DNA of 64,000 nt from assembly GCA_021613535.1 (NCBI GenBank), contig CP075496.1:11470001-11534000 (forward strand), read 5' to 3'. Made by a program: the position numbers and the translations under genes. Position 1 is the stretch's first letter; each line of letters opens with the position of its first letter. The notes under the pieces were generated by a model, which did no database searches, had not been told where the DNA came from, and saw only the letters and a program-made list of their open reading frames with translations. Origin of the DNA: Adineta vaga. Lineage: Eukaryota; Animalia; Rotifera. Positions 15,613-29,801 of this stretch are shown one piece after another.

Positions 15613-17993
15613 TCAAAAACTGCTTATCTATTGATTTCCTTCTCTTCCTCGGACTGTAAAGTAGACTGTTTTTTTTTCTCTTTTATCAGTTATTATCATA
15701 ACATATTTCAACATATCAAATATTATTGGTTTTCTTTTGCCATAATATGTCTTATCTTTTGGAGTATTGGATTCATGAATTTTGTCTGGCAATGAAAGTT
15801 ATGTCATACTAGGTTTTCCTTTCAATCGGAAGGACACCAAGGAAGCGACGATCTTATCCTCCTGAGAAAGGACAAAAAATACAAAGGAAGTTGTTTTGTT
15901 CGAATTCCGATATCAACTTTCTTTTGTCTTGTGATGTTGAAGGAAAATTTCAGCTGTTCAATATATCATCAATAGGTCGAACTGAATGCTCAGTGTACTC
16001 ATTTTTAACTGACAACGCATGTCGCACATATATCAATAGAAATATTTTAATATAAGTGTAAAAATATGAGAGCACATTTTATATTCATCGTGAATTCGAG
16101 GACTTTATTCACTGGAAACGAATACTTACTAATCGTTTAACTCTTTTAATTGCATACTTCGGAGAATGATCTATTCACTCATCCTGTATTGTGGTTCTAT
16201 GGAGATTTTCACTGGAAACACAACACAAACATTTATGTTCGAATAGTAAAAAAAAATACAGGTTTCTTTGATCTCACCTTGTGGCAGTGCTTTGCATTAT
16301 ATGATAAAAGCCCTCAAAACATCGGTTCCTTTTTTATCTTTTCAAAAAAAAAATCTAGAAAATACGTTTCTATTAATTTCTCAAACTTCGCTGACTTAAG
16401 TGCTTACTTATTATACTTCACTCGACTCGTTCTAATCTATGAAGAAAATATTGCGAGCAGTCAAATCAACCTGCAGTAAAGCAATCAAGATGCGGAAAAA
16501 CAGTTCAGATTGTCATGTGATTGATAGATGTAACTTAAAAAGAACTTTTCCGCTTATTTTCATCAAGCATTTTTTCTCAAATATTCACGGAGAACAAAAG
16601 TGGTTTTCTAATTTCTTTTTTTCTTATTCTAATTGAACTGAAGGAGAAAAACTAAGTTTGTCTTCTATCAGCTCGTTTATTTCTAGCGAATTGAGAGCTC
16701 TACTCATTAATGGAGTGTATTTTTGTCCTTGCAATGATTTACGATCATTTCTTTTCCCATCGATTCACGAAGAAGAACTCGATTTAGATATTTTTTGTAT
16801 ATTGACGTCAGTAAATATCTATGTAACAAAAGATAAGACTAAATCATTTACTTACTCGTATTTTGATCTTTCCAAAAAGAAATCCGTTCAAGATGATGTT
16901 TCATATAAATCCTATTAATACAAAAGCAGGATATGTTAAGAAAAAAACACGTTTTATATGACAATTTTTATACTAAAGAAAGAAAAAAGAAAAACTGTGT
17001 GGCACACATCTACACTTCATTGGCTATGAAACGTTCGAGCGTAATGAATAGAATGGCGAAGATTTTTCTCTGATTGAAAACGTTATAAATTGATTTGACA
17101 ATCACCGGAGATGAGCTATAATAAGGACGGCATGCATTGCTTTCGGCAAAGAATTTTTCTTCTAAATATGACATGAAATAATCAATGAACTCTCAAACCA
17201 ATAGATCATCTCATGCAGCATTATTCATAGAATCGTTTAAGAAGAAAAAGAAAAGCGCAAGATTTACTCGTTACATATCGATATAATTTATATTATTTTA
17301 CCGAGAAATACAAAGAGAATTTCCATTGAAATTACAAGGTTCTTTTATGTGTTATTTAGAAACAGAATGACCTTGGATATTAATATATTATACTAAGTTC
17401 ATATAATCATTGAAACTTGAATAGAATGCACGTGTTAAGATAACAAAAAAAATGTGTCTGACAAGAATAAGTCTTTCATACTACTAATAATAGTAATAAT
17501 AAATTCAAGTCATCCGAAGATAAAACTTCTTTTTTTCTCTAGGAAGTATTTATCTTCAATTAGTGTATTAAAACGAAAATCTACAACGAACAGACTTTCT
17601 TTTCCTAACTTATAAAAATTTAAATCACATATATGTATAATATGGTTTTGGAATAGACAGACATGAAAGAGAACTCAATCGTCATTTATTGTTCGAAAAA
17701 ATGTACACAATCTATCTCGCATCTATAGACAGACACACTATGATTAAAATAGTTTGTTATCAAGTGGCGACCTCTTCCTATGAGTAGATTTTCATTCAAA
17801 AGACTATAACAGTTACGATGCATAATAGGATTGGTGTCTTGAGTTTACGTTAGTTTAATATAAATAAAATATGGATCGATCTGGTCAAAGTTTGTTTCTT
17901 ATTCGTCAGATGATTATTAAAATGAAACAAAGAATAAAAAGAATCAATAATTGAAATTTAATTTTGGGTATTGTTTTTAGATTTTCACATGGC

Positions 17994-20886
17994 ATGGATG
18001 AGTCTCATCAAATTTCTCTAATAAAACATTCGGAAAATATCATTACTTTCAATGAAAATATTCTTTCAAATATTAATGGACATGATGATGAATGTGTTTC
18101 CGAAGAATTCGCAAAATATTTTTCAATTGATAACGATGATATTGTTCTTTTGGATCAATCACAAATTATTCTCTATGAGGTGAAAACAGTTATCGATCGA
18201 CTTATTAATCAAATTCTTAATCGAGAAAATCATGAACGTCAGATTAATAGAAATCATTGTGAAGATTCTTCCTTGCATCAATCAGTCAGATCTACTCAAT
18301 CCGATGACAAACAACAAGCACTATTAACTTCTATATTCGTTTCTGAAACTATTCAATCATCCAATCAATCGACTTCACCTTACACTCAATTTTTATATCA
18401 TCTTGGTTTTGATCTTTGTCTAGAACAGAACCTTAATGAACAGAATTCTTTAACAGAAATTCAAAAACAAACATTGCTTCAACGCAATCAAGTATTTCAT
18501 CAGCATCGAATTTATACATGTAAGCATTGTTCATTTAAAACAGATACAATCCATGCTCTAAAATATCATTATCTGACACCACATATTCTTCCAAATTTTG
18601 ATTCATCTCATCATAAATATCATTGTATATATTGTTCATTTCAAACATTTCGAATACCTGCTCTACGTCGTCATTATGGAAGGAAACATGGTTATCAATT
18701 GATACCGGAACATTCACTTCGACGATATACATGTACTTATTGTTATTATGAAAGTGATGATAAGAATAATTTTCGTAAACATAATAAACGTTGTGAAATT
18801 GAACAAACACGAACACGTATTGCAAATAATTTATTGGCACCATCTGATCAATTGAATAAAACAAATACTATTAATCAAAATCAATCAGTAACAGTAAGAA
18901 ATGAAGATGTTTGTTTTTTATTCAATTTCTATAGAATCTTATTCATATTTCAGAAAAAAATACCACAAGAATCAATTGCAAATATCTTACAATGTTTAAA
19001 TAATGATCATATTAATGAACCAATTCTGATCGAATCTGATCATGATCCATCATCAATATCATCATCTGATGAAGATTTTATTGTTTCATCAGATGAAGAA
19101 AGTTTCTCAAGTATAGAAGAGCAAAGAATAAATAATCGAGATTTAGAAATTGTATCTGAATCTCGTCCTAAACAAATGAATTCAAAATCAACATCTTCCT
19201 TATCTTCATCTGTGCCATCATCAACTTCAGCTTCATCTACTCTTTCTTCTCTATCAAAACTATTACTTTTAAATGCAACTTCAATATCTTCATTCACACC
19301 TTCAGCATTAAATTTAACAAAATCTTCATTAATATCCATTCAACCCAAACCTACAACTCTAGCTGATACATATCAAGTAACATTAAATCGAAGATTTACA
19401 ATTTTTATTTTCTAATAATTACTTCTTTTCATCATAGATGTGTAATCTCTGTCAATGCTATATTTATACAAAAGATTATCTTAAACATATGAACGAAAAA
19501 CATCAAAATTCATTGCCATCAACTTCACAAACAGTTTCTACACCTATCCCTATTTTAAATAATACTACAAATAGTATGAATCCAACTATAACTAATCTAA
19601 CACCAACGTTAATTATTACAAAAACAACGCCACAATTATCATCAGCAATTTTTCTTCTTTCAACAACAGCAATGAATTCACAATCGATTATTCTAAACAT
19701 GATTAAATGTCCATGGTGTGATACAAATTATGAACATATTGATATTATAACTGGACATTTAATGAGGTAAGAAACATCTATTTTCTCATATATATATATA
19801 TATATTAACTCAACGGTAATTTGATTACATTATATTTTGCTGGAAACGATGCAGTTATTATTATTATTGATTTATAGTTATGAAAATAAACAATTGAAAG
19901 ATGATATGTTTTGTGATAAATTTAGATATCATCGAATGACATTAGCTGCTGCTAAAGTTGTCGTTGCTGAACAAATGAAAATTCAAGGTACATCATCTGG
20001 TCAATTGGCATCATTTTTCAAAAAAGAAATCGAACAAATTCAAAAGGAATTTATCGATAAAATCTATTGGAAAATATCTCAACCAAAAGTTTATTTACAT
20101 CAAATTGAGACTAGTAAATATTAATTCATAAAAACAAAATCTTCATCTAATATATCGTTTTTTCATCAAGTATCTTGTTATATGTGTCAAATAATGGTTG
20201 ATGATCTTGAAAATCATTTTTTAACTTTACATCAAATTCAACTAGCGACAATGAATACAACAAAACAATGTTGTTTATGTGGATTTAAATGTGATCAAAA
20301 TAAATATCGAAGTTTATTTGAACATCAATTACGAACACATACTGGTGTCTGTTATTCGAATGTACTCAAACAATTTATTCGATTTGAACCACCACCCTCA
20401 CCAGTTCAATCAACGATTTCAAAAGATAATGATCGATTAATTTTACCAACTTCATCTTCTACTCCACATGGACGAGCACTAGTCACACACACAGAAAAAG
20501 TAAAGATTTATTTTTTTTATATTTAAGTTTCAATTCGAAGAATCTTGTCCCTCCCACTTCTTACAGACAATGTCCCATGACTCACAAGTTCCCATCTCAA
20601 ATAGAATTCCACATATGAGTCTCAAAGAATCTGTACGGACAAGTTTTTTTCCGTTTATTTATAGAAATTCGGTTGTCGAAAATGTGATACAAGTAGTCGA
20701 TTATTCACTTTTGAAGAATTGGTTGAACATCTATGTGCAAATCATGATTTAAATGTGAAACTACATCGTCGTTGTATAATATGTCATGAAACCTATATGA
20801 AAGGAAAAGAATATAATCAACATTGTTTAGAACATTTAAAAGATGAAAATCCTTCGATAAAAATTAAACGTCAACGTATAATTTAA
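17994..20886 (+). CDS. Multi-C2H2 zinc finger protein, MEP-1-like (Mi-2/NuRD partner family)
   Basis: FLYHLGFDLCLE precedes three fingers (CKHCSFKTD..HYLTPH, CIYCSFQT..HYGRKH, CTYCYYESDD..H..C..NLLAP), followed by further fingers. The pattern resembles Drosophila/C. elegans MEP-1 as recalled. The ZnF call is firm; orthology is moderate. Confidence 0.7.
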
Positions 20887-21890
20887 AGAAAAGCATGAGA
20901 GAAGTTTATCACAAATGCATTTCCATTTTACTACCGATGAATTGTTGTTATATAAAAGAGAAGAATATGATGTTTGTCAAAATATTGAAATAACAAATAA
21001 TTGTTTGTTTGTTTTTTCTTGTAACGTTGGTTGTTATAGTCAATTAGTAAACTTTTGTTTCTGTGTTAAAAGAAGAGAAAACAAATACTAAGAATATTCA
21101 TTTGGCTATGATTAATATTTTTCTTTCTCTTCTTCTTCTTTTGTCTTTGTTAAATAAAAAAAACAATTAACAATAACAATTTTACGGTTTCACTTCTGAA
21201 ATATTAAAGAACTTCTTTTCCTACGACGTTTTTTTCTATTTCCGTTCGTTTATACGAACAAAAACTAACAATTTTCAAAAGAAGTCGTTGTCGAGGAAAC
21301 CTATTTTATTGATAGAAAAAAATTCGAGTGTTTTGACATTGTTTTCAGGGTCTAAAATTGATGAAAAAATTTTCCTCAATGCTTTTTTTTATCATCTTTA
21401 GATCATATATTTCATTAATTTATCAATGTATTTTTTTTCTAGATTATATAAATTCAAGTGTTTTTATATGAAGTAAAATGAAGACGATCACGCCATATTG
21501 ACAAAGCGTAAAGTATACAGAAGACAACGTTAGAAAAATATAGAAATGATTCATCTTCTTCCCCCTTTCCTTTTGAATATATGTTTTCTATATTTTGGTT
21601 ATCAGATACTCGATCATCTTTTTTCACTCGAGTGCATATAGAAGAATTATCGTATTCTTAACGTGGAAAGCTATTGTTTTTTTATATGAATAAGATAGTA
21701 TTTTGATAATAATGAACAGAAAAGCATGAAGAGAAGACATAGAAGAAAAAAAACAAGAAAAAAGTTTTAGTTTCGAGTTGAATATAAAAACGCATCACAG
21801 ATGGTATACACTAACCTAGTAGAGTTGATAAAAATAAGCTTTAATTCATCTTTAGAATCACCGGTTAAATATTTGTTTTTTTTTATTTTT

Positions 21891-22664
21891 CTAATTTTTA
21901 AATGTGGAATCATCTCGATATCTTTCTGTTACTCTATTCGCCATTAATTTCAAATTATCGAGTGATCCGATTAATCCAAAAAAATGAGTTTTAAGTTCAT
22001 CTTTAATTGTATCAAATGAGGTTATATTTGAGGATGTTGTACTGTGTTGATATTCATCTGATGAGACAGTAGATGAGGCTGATGAATTTGGATTATGATC
22101 ATAACTAGCGATTAAGATTCCTTCATCATCATTCGAGTCTCTGTTTTCAATTTTAGTTGAATCAATATCATTGTCAATAAATGGATGTGATCGAGTTAAT
22201 TGATTTCGAACATCACAAACGAAAGTATATATTTCATGCCAATTGTTTGGTTGAACTGTACTATCGAGAACCATTTCTAAAGAAAATCGAGACAAACTTT
22301 TAGTTAAGTAATAGAAAAAAAAAGAGCTTTTTTTTCTCTCTTTACCATCAACAGGCATATCTTTCAATCTTGATGGTAACATGATTTCATCTTCCATAAC
22401 TTTCGTTGCTTGAAAAAATTCATTCATCGCACCAGAAAGAAGTGGAACAGCAGATGTAGACGGAGTACGTTGATTAAGAAAATCATTACTAGTTGCTGCT
22501 ATGTTTTGACGACATTGATACGCCATATATTGATTTCGTCGTTGGACTGTACTAGCTGTTGATGATTGTCGATTCAGTTTAGTATTGAATTGCTGTTTGT
22601 GCATTAAATTTGGCGAACTGTTTCTTGGTGTCATAACTGACGCAGTAGAATCTTCTAGTTTCAT
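21891..22664 (-). CDS. MID1IP1: Spot14/MID1-interacting protein family; one 69-nt intron (22277-22345)
   Basis: LSGAMNEFFQATKVMEDEIMLPSRLKD and the C-terminal HFFGLIGSLDNLKLMANRVTERY are Spot14 signatures. Confidence 0.8.
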   Translation of the reverse strand: MKLEDSTASVMTPRNSSPNLMHKQQFNTKLNRQSSTASTVQRRNQYMAYQCRQNIAATSNDFLNQRTPSTSAVPLLSGAMNEFFQATKVMEDEIMLPSRLKDMPVDGKERKKSSFFFYYLTKSLSRFSLEMVLDSTVQPNNWHEIYTFVCDVRNQLTRSHPFIDNDIDSTKIENRDSNDDEGILIASYDHNPNSSASSTVSSDEYQHSTTSSNITSFDTIKDELKTHFFGLIGSLDNLKLMANRVTERYRDDSTFKN

Positions 22665-23866
22665 GATTGTTCAAATCGAGTCGAACTGGTAACAACAATC
22701 TATTTATAAGCAGGACGAAACGAGAGAAAAAGAGAAAAAAAAATGAAGGTCTCTTGTTTTTTCTTCGTTATTGTGCACGCAAGAACGAAGCAGTCTTACC
22801 ACTTCACCACCCATGCAGTGAGAGAAAGAAAAAACAAAGATGAAAAGAGAAAAGAAAGAGAGTTAAAGGAAGAAAAAGTATATATATTTCTTTTTCTCTA
22901 TGTTTCGACATACATTACGACGCATGTCATACATCGAGCGAATGTCTTCTGAATGATGCTAGTTCTTTTCTTTACAGCACGATTAGCTAAAATAGAAAGA
23001 AAGTACACACATATATATATACTTTATTTCCCTGGAAAGAATATCTAAAGAAAAAGAAGATGACAGATAATATTCCAAGCACATTTCAAAGTATAAACTG
23101 AAAACAAATAGAAAGGTTATCGGAACAGATGTTTTCTCCTCTCTTCGAAACTGAAACATTCTGGGTCGTCATGTTTTAAGTAAATAATCTGATTCGGTTT
23201 GTTTGTATTCTATTAATGATTCACGAATTTTCAGTTTTCTTCCTATTTTTTAAAACTCGAGCGTTAAATTTGTTCCACGTACATTTTCTTTTCAAATGTT
23301 GTTTTTATAGATAAGTCAACAAACGTCATAAAATATTTGTCTTTAGTTTATAACCTGACATGCTGATATGAAACAGCTGTCTTATGCCACACCTCTTGAT
23401 ACAGGGACGAAGAGAAAAATAAGAATCCATCTCTCCTCTTGCGCACGGTCTTACGAGATGTATATGGTGTGATTGATGCGTGATATGTAATGATACGTTT
23501 TTTCAACATCTGTTTTTATCATTCTTTTAGCAAAAAAAAAAGAACAACAAAAAATGGTTTCCTTTTCTAATAGCTATTCATATGCGTTGTTAAAACAAAT
23601 TTCCTTTCCTTTGTAGTCATGCCTATGACTCAAAATTAGACACACCCTCATTTCTACTCAAAACGTTTTTGATCGAGAAAAAAGAAAGAACAAAAAAATA
23701 CATAATAATAAGAAACAGATTGATGAAATCGTCGATTATCAATGAAGATATTATATTCTTCTAACCTTGATCTTCAACAACATAAAGAAACAAAATATCA
23801 TTAGAATGATAACAGACATGAAAATATTGTTTTTTTTGTATGTATTTCAGATAGAAAGATTGAAAA

Positions 23867-25673
23867 ATGGGATCATCAATGACTCGAGGAGATATTGAAA
23901 ATTTAGCAACAGATTTTTATGATCTTTTGGAATCATTCAAACATGCACCTTTTTATCATATATTATTTGAAATTTTTCTTGTTTTGGCTGTTGTTTGGCT
24001 GGTTTTCTTTCGCAAACCACGTCCAATTGAAAAAAAATTAACTGAAAGAGAAAAACAAGAATTAATTGATGAATGGCAACCTGAACCATTAGTTCCGCCT
24101 GTTGATCCTAATCATCCAGCATTAAATGTTCGAGTATTAGATGGTATTGTTGGCAAAACCGTGGAAATTGATGGAAGAACAAGTCTCAATTTTGCAACAT
24201 TTAATTTTCTAAATTTTGTTGGTAATTCACGTATTACTGAAAAAGCAATACAAGCTGTTCAAAAATATGGTGTTGGATCTTGTGGACCACGAGGGTAGGT
24301 TCATGAGAATAAAGCACGATGTATGTTGTGACTCTTATTCTATTCTAATAATACAATTTAATTAGAAAAATTATAACTATTTTAAGAATTCAGAATATTG
24401 AATGATACAATTAAAAATATACAGAACTCCAGTATACGAATCATGTCTTGATAGAATGATTTTGATGAATTTGTTTTGATTGATAAAGGTATTTCATTAA
24501 AAATTTGACAGTTACATTATTCTTATCTTATTACATCAATCAAATGTGCTCGAATGATTAATAATATATAATTTTTAGATTTTATGGTACAATTGATATT
24601 CACCTTGAACTCGAAGAGCGTTTAGCAAAATTTTTCAATTGTGAAGAAGGCATTATTTATTCATATGGATTTTCTACAATTGCTAGTATTATTCCTGGTA
24701 AGATTCGACAAATCTTCTTCTTTTTTTGTTGTTGTTGTTGTTGAAAGAAACATATGGTAAATTTCTGTTTTCTTTATGCATTGATTATTTAGCATATTCA
24801 AAACGCAATGATATTTTATTTGTTGATGAAGGTGTTCATTATGCTATTCAAAAGGGAGTTGAAGCATCACGTAGTCATGTGAAATGGTTTAAACATAATG
24901 ATGTCAATGATCTTGAACGTTTATTAGCTGAACAAGATGTTCTCGATAAAAAAAATCCGAAAAAAGCTCGAGCAATTCGACGATTTTTAATCATTGAAGG
25001 TTTATATGTAAATTATGGTGACATATGTCCATTACCACGAATGGTTGAATTGAAATATAAATATAAATATCGAATATTTATTGATGAAAGTGTTTCATTT
25101 GGTACAATAGGACAAACAGGTCGTGGTATAACGGAATATTATGATATTGATCGACAAAAAATCGATTTAATTTCGTCAACATTAGAATATTCGATTGGTT
25201 CAATTGGTGGTTTTGCTGTTGGCAGTTCATTTGTTGTTGATCATCAACGTTTATCTGCTCAAGGATATTGTTTTTCAGCATCATTACCACCTTTACTTGC
25301 TGCAGCAGCTATTGAAGCTTTAAATATCATGGAAGAAGATAATACATTATTATTCGAAACAATTATGTCGAAAAGTAAACGTTTACATAAGAAATTATTA
25401 TCAATTAAAGGTTATAATGTTAAAGGAGATGAAATATCTCCTCTAAAACATCTATGTCTAGCAAATGCATTGAATACAACTGGACGTTTAGAGGAAATTG
25501 TACAATTTGCACAGACACGTGATATTACTATTACTGTTGCAAGATATTTAAGTGATGAACATCATTTACCTGAACCATCGATTCGTCTGATATTAAATGT
25601 TGAGATGACCGATGAAGAATTAGAATTTTTATGTGCTGTTCTACAAGAAGCACTTGTTAAAGTAACAACTTAG
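23867..25673 (+). CDS. SPTLC1: Serine palmitoyltransferase long chain base subunit 1, 3 exons
   Basis: N-terminal TM segment, [63 protein letters not shown]. Confidence 0.95.
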
Positions 25674-26046
25674 ATTTCGAATTTAATATTTATTGATCAA
25701 ATCGAAACTTTCATACATTCGACAAGACTTTCTTATTTGTTATAGAACATTTTTTTTGTCTAAATGAATAAACTAAACAGCAACATTCTTTTACAAAAGA
25801 TGAAAGACATTAGTCTGGACCGATGTATATATTTTTTTCTTCTGTTTAGAAAATTCATGGCAAAGACAGATTTTCAAAGGGTATTTGGTTTGAGAGTGAA
25901 TGAGAATGAGAGAAAAGAAAAGCTGATTGCATGGATCTGGCGCGTTGTTGAAGTTTGAATGATTGTTTTGTTTGTCTCTTTTTTTTTGTTTGAAACAGAA
26001 TGTTTATTGGATTGTTTTCTTCAATTTATTATTATTGATTTCAACA

Positions 26047-27473
26047 ATGGCGAATAAATCTTCAACGATGAAAATTTTGGTTTTTGGAGGAAATGGATTT
26101 ATTGGAGGAGAAACAGTAGTGGAACTTTTGGCGCATGCATTTGATATTACAGTTGTAAATAGAGGCAATTGGAAAGATTATGATTCAAATATTCGTATTC
26201 GACCATTTGTAAAAACCATTACTATTGATAGGTATTTAGATCTTTTAATTAGTCCTCATTGACATCGTGTTTTAAATGAAATATCCATTGTTATATATAG
26301 ATACTCATTAAATGCAGCGGAACAACTTCGTACTGCAATTGGTGATCAACATTTTGATGCAGTTGTTGACTTTAGTGCATACGATAGCGACGTTGTTAAA
26401 GATGCTTTAAAAATCCTCGACGATCAAATCAAACTTTATATTTATATTAGTACAGATTCTGTCTATGAAGTATGACATTTTTATTATTAAAATAATATAT
26501 TTCATATCTTTCTATTTATTGATTTACAGGTTTGTTTACCAATTTCAAATGATCTTTCAAGTGAACTTGATAGTATTCGACCGACAGATAAGAATGAATA
26601 TGAACGATTACGAAGAAAAGATTCTTATGGTCACAAAAAATTGAAGTAAGATACGTTTGAAAGTTTCTAATCGAATGAAAAGTATCGTTGAACATTAGAG
26701 TGGAAGAACAATTAATTGAATGGCAATCAAAAACAAAAACAAATAACTGGTCTTATGTTATTCTTCGTCTACCTGATGTTCTCGGTCCACGTGATTCAAC
26801 AGATCGATGGTGGTTTTATCAAATGTGGATACAATTCTATTCTTCAATTCAAAAACAATTAGAAATCTCTACACATCTTCGTTCATCCTATGTTTATGTT
26901 AATGATATTGCACGATATATCACTTACATACTATCGAAAACATTTCTCGATTCATCAACAATCTTTTACAATCAGATACTTAATATTGCTTGTACAGAAA
27001 CTGTTGCAATCCATGATTTGTTATCATTAATCATTGATGAACTCGATCTAACTAATGTTCATATACCAATAAAATACAATCCAAATACAGAAATAGATTT
27101 CTTTCCAAGTGTCACACGGGGTGGATTAGATATTTCAAAAGCATTATCCAATCAATATAATTGGAAACCAACACCATTAAAGCAAGTCGTTCGAGAAACA
27201 ATTCAATGGTATAATGATGCTTACGGACATTATCCAAATGAACGTTCACATATGATTAAAAAAATTCGACGAAGTTTATTAAAAAATGATGAAACAACTT
27301 ATGGGAAATTTTTGTTTGATGTGAATCAATATTCGACACGAAGTATACTTAAACGTAAAAGAAACGAAGAAGAAGAAGAAGAGAAGAAAGTTGTTATTGT
27401 TGATCATGTTGATGTTCGATCAGATGTTGGTGATAATCGAGAACAAAAATTTTTTAGACATAATGAAATGTAA
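26047..27473 (+). CDS. NAD-dependent epimerase/dehydratase (extended SDR, CSP41-like), 4 exons
   Basis: KILVFGGNGFIGG Rossmann motif, VVNRG, FDAVVDFSAY, YIYISTDSVYEV, YGHKK (YxxxK), ILRLPDVLGPRD. Confidence 0.82.
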
Positions 27474-27625
27474 ACGAACTATGTATTTGTTAATCTTGTT
27501 TGTTTGTTTGTTTTTTATTTCGTTTACAAAATGAATGATGAGAGAACAATAACAGATGAACAAATCAAAAAACAACAACAACGTAATGTATAATAAAAGA
27601 AAACACAGAGAAATTTTCACGGAAA

Positions 27626-28493
27626 TTACATTCCTGGTGGACCTGAAAAGTAAAAGAAAAACAAAATATTAGAAGATTTGTGAATGAAATGGTCTATAAA
27701 AGTACATACGTGTTCCCATTTGAGGTGGAATAGGTGGCATTCGCATTCCTGGTGGCATACCACGTCCAGTCGGTGCCATTTGATTGAAAGCGGGTCCGCC
27801 AATACCACGTACTGGTCCTTGAAGACTAGGAGCAGCAAAACTAGGTACACCAGGTACTGGTGGCATAACACCTATAAACAGAAGCAAGATTATCCATACT
27901 TTCTTTTTCACTCTTAGGAAATAAAAATAACTTACCACGTCCCGCTGCACGTCCAGCACCTTGTGCAGTTGCTGCACAGTCGGTACTCGCGCAATGCCAA
28001 CTTCCTAAAAGAATTTTTAAAAGAAAATATTTTTTGAGTTCTTTTTTTTCTCGAAATATTTCTAACAAGAATATCAGTTTGCAACAAACAGTACAGATAC
28101 AAACCTCTTTTGGTGGTGGTCCTTCCACTGTCATTGAAACGAGATGTTCACCACGTAATAAAATTAAACCTAATGGTCGTTGTTCTTCACGTTCGGTTTT
28201 ATCAGTTTTACTTCGTACTTTACGAAATTCTTCACAATCAGCTAGAATTAAATTCATATGTTTATCGAACGCTTTAAATGTTCCGACAAGTTGACGACCA
28301 TCTTGTAATGTACATCGCATGCCTAAAAATTAAAACAAATTCTTTAACATACGAATACACTAAAAATCAATAGTTACATACGATAGTTAATATGTTGCAG
28401 CATTTTGCTGCTTTTTCCCTGTGTAGGCTTGAGAAAAAAGAAGAAAAAAAGTTATTTAAATTTAAAATTTTTCTAATAGCTTTACATTACCAT
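27626..28493 (-). CDS. SNRPB: Small nuclear ribonucleoprotein SmB/B'
   Basis: Exon 1 contributes only ATG (28493-28491). Then [47 protein letters not shown]...[20 protein letters not shown], and an RG/Pro-rich tail ending GPPGM*. Confidence 0.95.
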
Positions 28494-28852
28494 TCTCGTC
28501 CAATATTCAATTGATTATTATCTCAATTGCAAGAACAATCTTTTCGTAACTATTCTTGCTGAAACTAAATTTTCCTTGTCTTTCTCTTCGATGTTTCCTT
28601 CATAATGAAAAGTTTATCCAATGAAAATTTCGATCTCTAACGACATCTTTTGTTACTTTTTTTCTGAAAGTTATTTACGCAGGAGGTGATTTGTTACACT
28701 AAAATATGGAAGACTGAAACGACAAACAAAAAATAATAACAATCCATTAGATTAGTTTTTTTTCTCTATTGGAGTTCTTTCGAAATCGTTGTAAATCTTT
28801 TTTAGATCCATCTCGACTCTTTGATTAATTTCATCATCACTATCATCAAAAC
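28494..28852. promoter_or_regulatory. Divergent (bidirectional) promoter region SNRPB/RPS29
   Basis: Head-to-head housekeeping genes whose ATGs are about 360 bp apart. Confidence 0.55.
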
Positions 28853-29098
28853 ATGGGTCATTCATCAATCTTTCGATCACACCCGCATAAATACGGCCCC
28901 GGTAGTCGTAAATGCCGTGTATGCTCTAATGGTCATGGTATCATTCGCAAGGTAAATTCATTGAAAGAATATTTGAAAAAAATTGAATCTTCACTATCTA
29001 TGATTATATATTTCTTTGTTTTATAGTATGGTTTGATGATTTGTCGTCAATGCTTTCGCGAATATTCAAGTGATATTGGTTTCAAGAAACTCGATTAA
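28853..29098 (+). CDS. RPS29: 40S ribosomal protein S29 (uS14), 2 exons; missed by the ORF track
   Basis: [33 protein letters not shown]|[23 protein letters not shown]; intron about 28952-29026. Confidence 0.96.
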
Positions 29099-29801
29099 AT
29101 ATCACCAATGAACAAACTAAAAGAAAAATAAAACAAACTCCATCAACACAAACGTTTTGCTAATCATTTGTGTTCTCTTTTTCGCTTTGTTACTTGTCGT
29201 TTATGATTACTGTTTTCGTGCGAAATGATGGAATAAAAAAATCATACAATCAGAGAAAAAAAATATTTATTTTTTATCATTTGAATATTCTGTTAGCAAA
29301 AAAGATATGAAATATTAATGGAGGAATTATAATCTTGATAAGTCTGCTTAATTATATCGTAGTTTATTAAAACATTTCAAAATCATGCAAAAAAGTTTAA
29401 TTTATAAATATACATTTGTTTAACATTTTTCAAAATGAATTAAAAACACATAATTTAGAGTATATATTATCCTAGATTATGAAAGATTTTTTACTCTATT
29501 CGTGAGCATATAAAACCCCATTAAAATTTCAAATTAGACACAAATGAATTGAGCGTGATAGAAACATAAGGAAAACGTCATTGTAAATATCAGACTCTGG
29601 AATCTTAATCTTTGTCTTTTAGCATACTCTCAGCGTCCGCTGTGCACAGAACATGTCGATGATAAGAAGCTGTCATATTTACCGGATATTTTGGAAAAAA
29701 AAATGATAACTAACATTATTAGAGTATGACTCAACTGAGGGCAAACATATATATATTAGTGAAAAAATGAAGACTTCTTTTAAATTCAGTTCAGAAGTGC
29801 A

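Noticed and set aside
15800-17800. ORFs 16150-16918 and a 12-bp direct repeat ttcactggaaac (about 16108 and 16208) as a transposon relic
   Set aside because: No transposase or RT motif, terminal repeats or target-site duplication that I can support; a Dfam or tblastn search would be needed.
22277-22345. Stop-free in-frame introns (Spot14, FARP DH exon, ZnF, TTC16) as regulated intron retention
   Set aside because: With dozens of ~60-nt introns, several 3n stop-free ones are expected by chance.
26047-27473. SDR epimerase as a second HGT gene
   Set aside because: Similar CSP41-like SDRs occur in other invertebrates and it has several introns; no claim is possible without a phylogeny.
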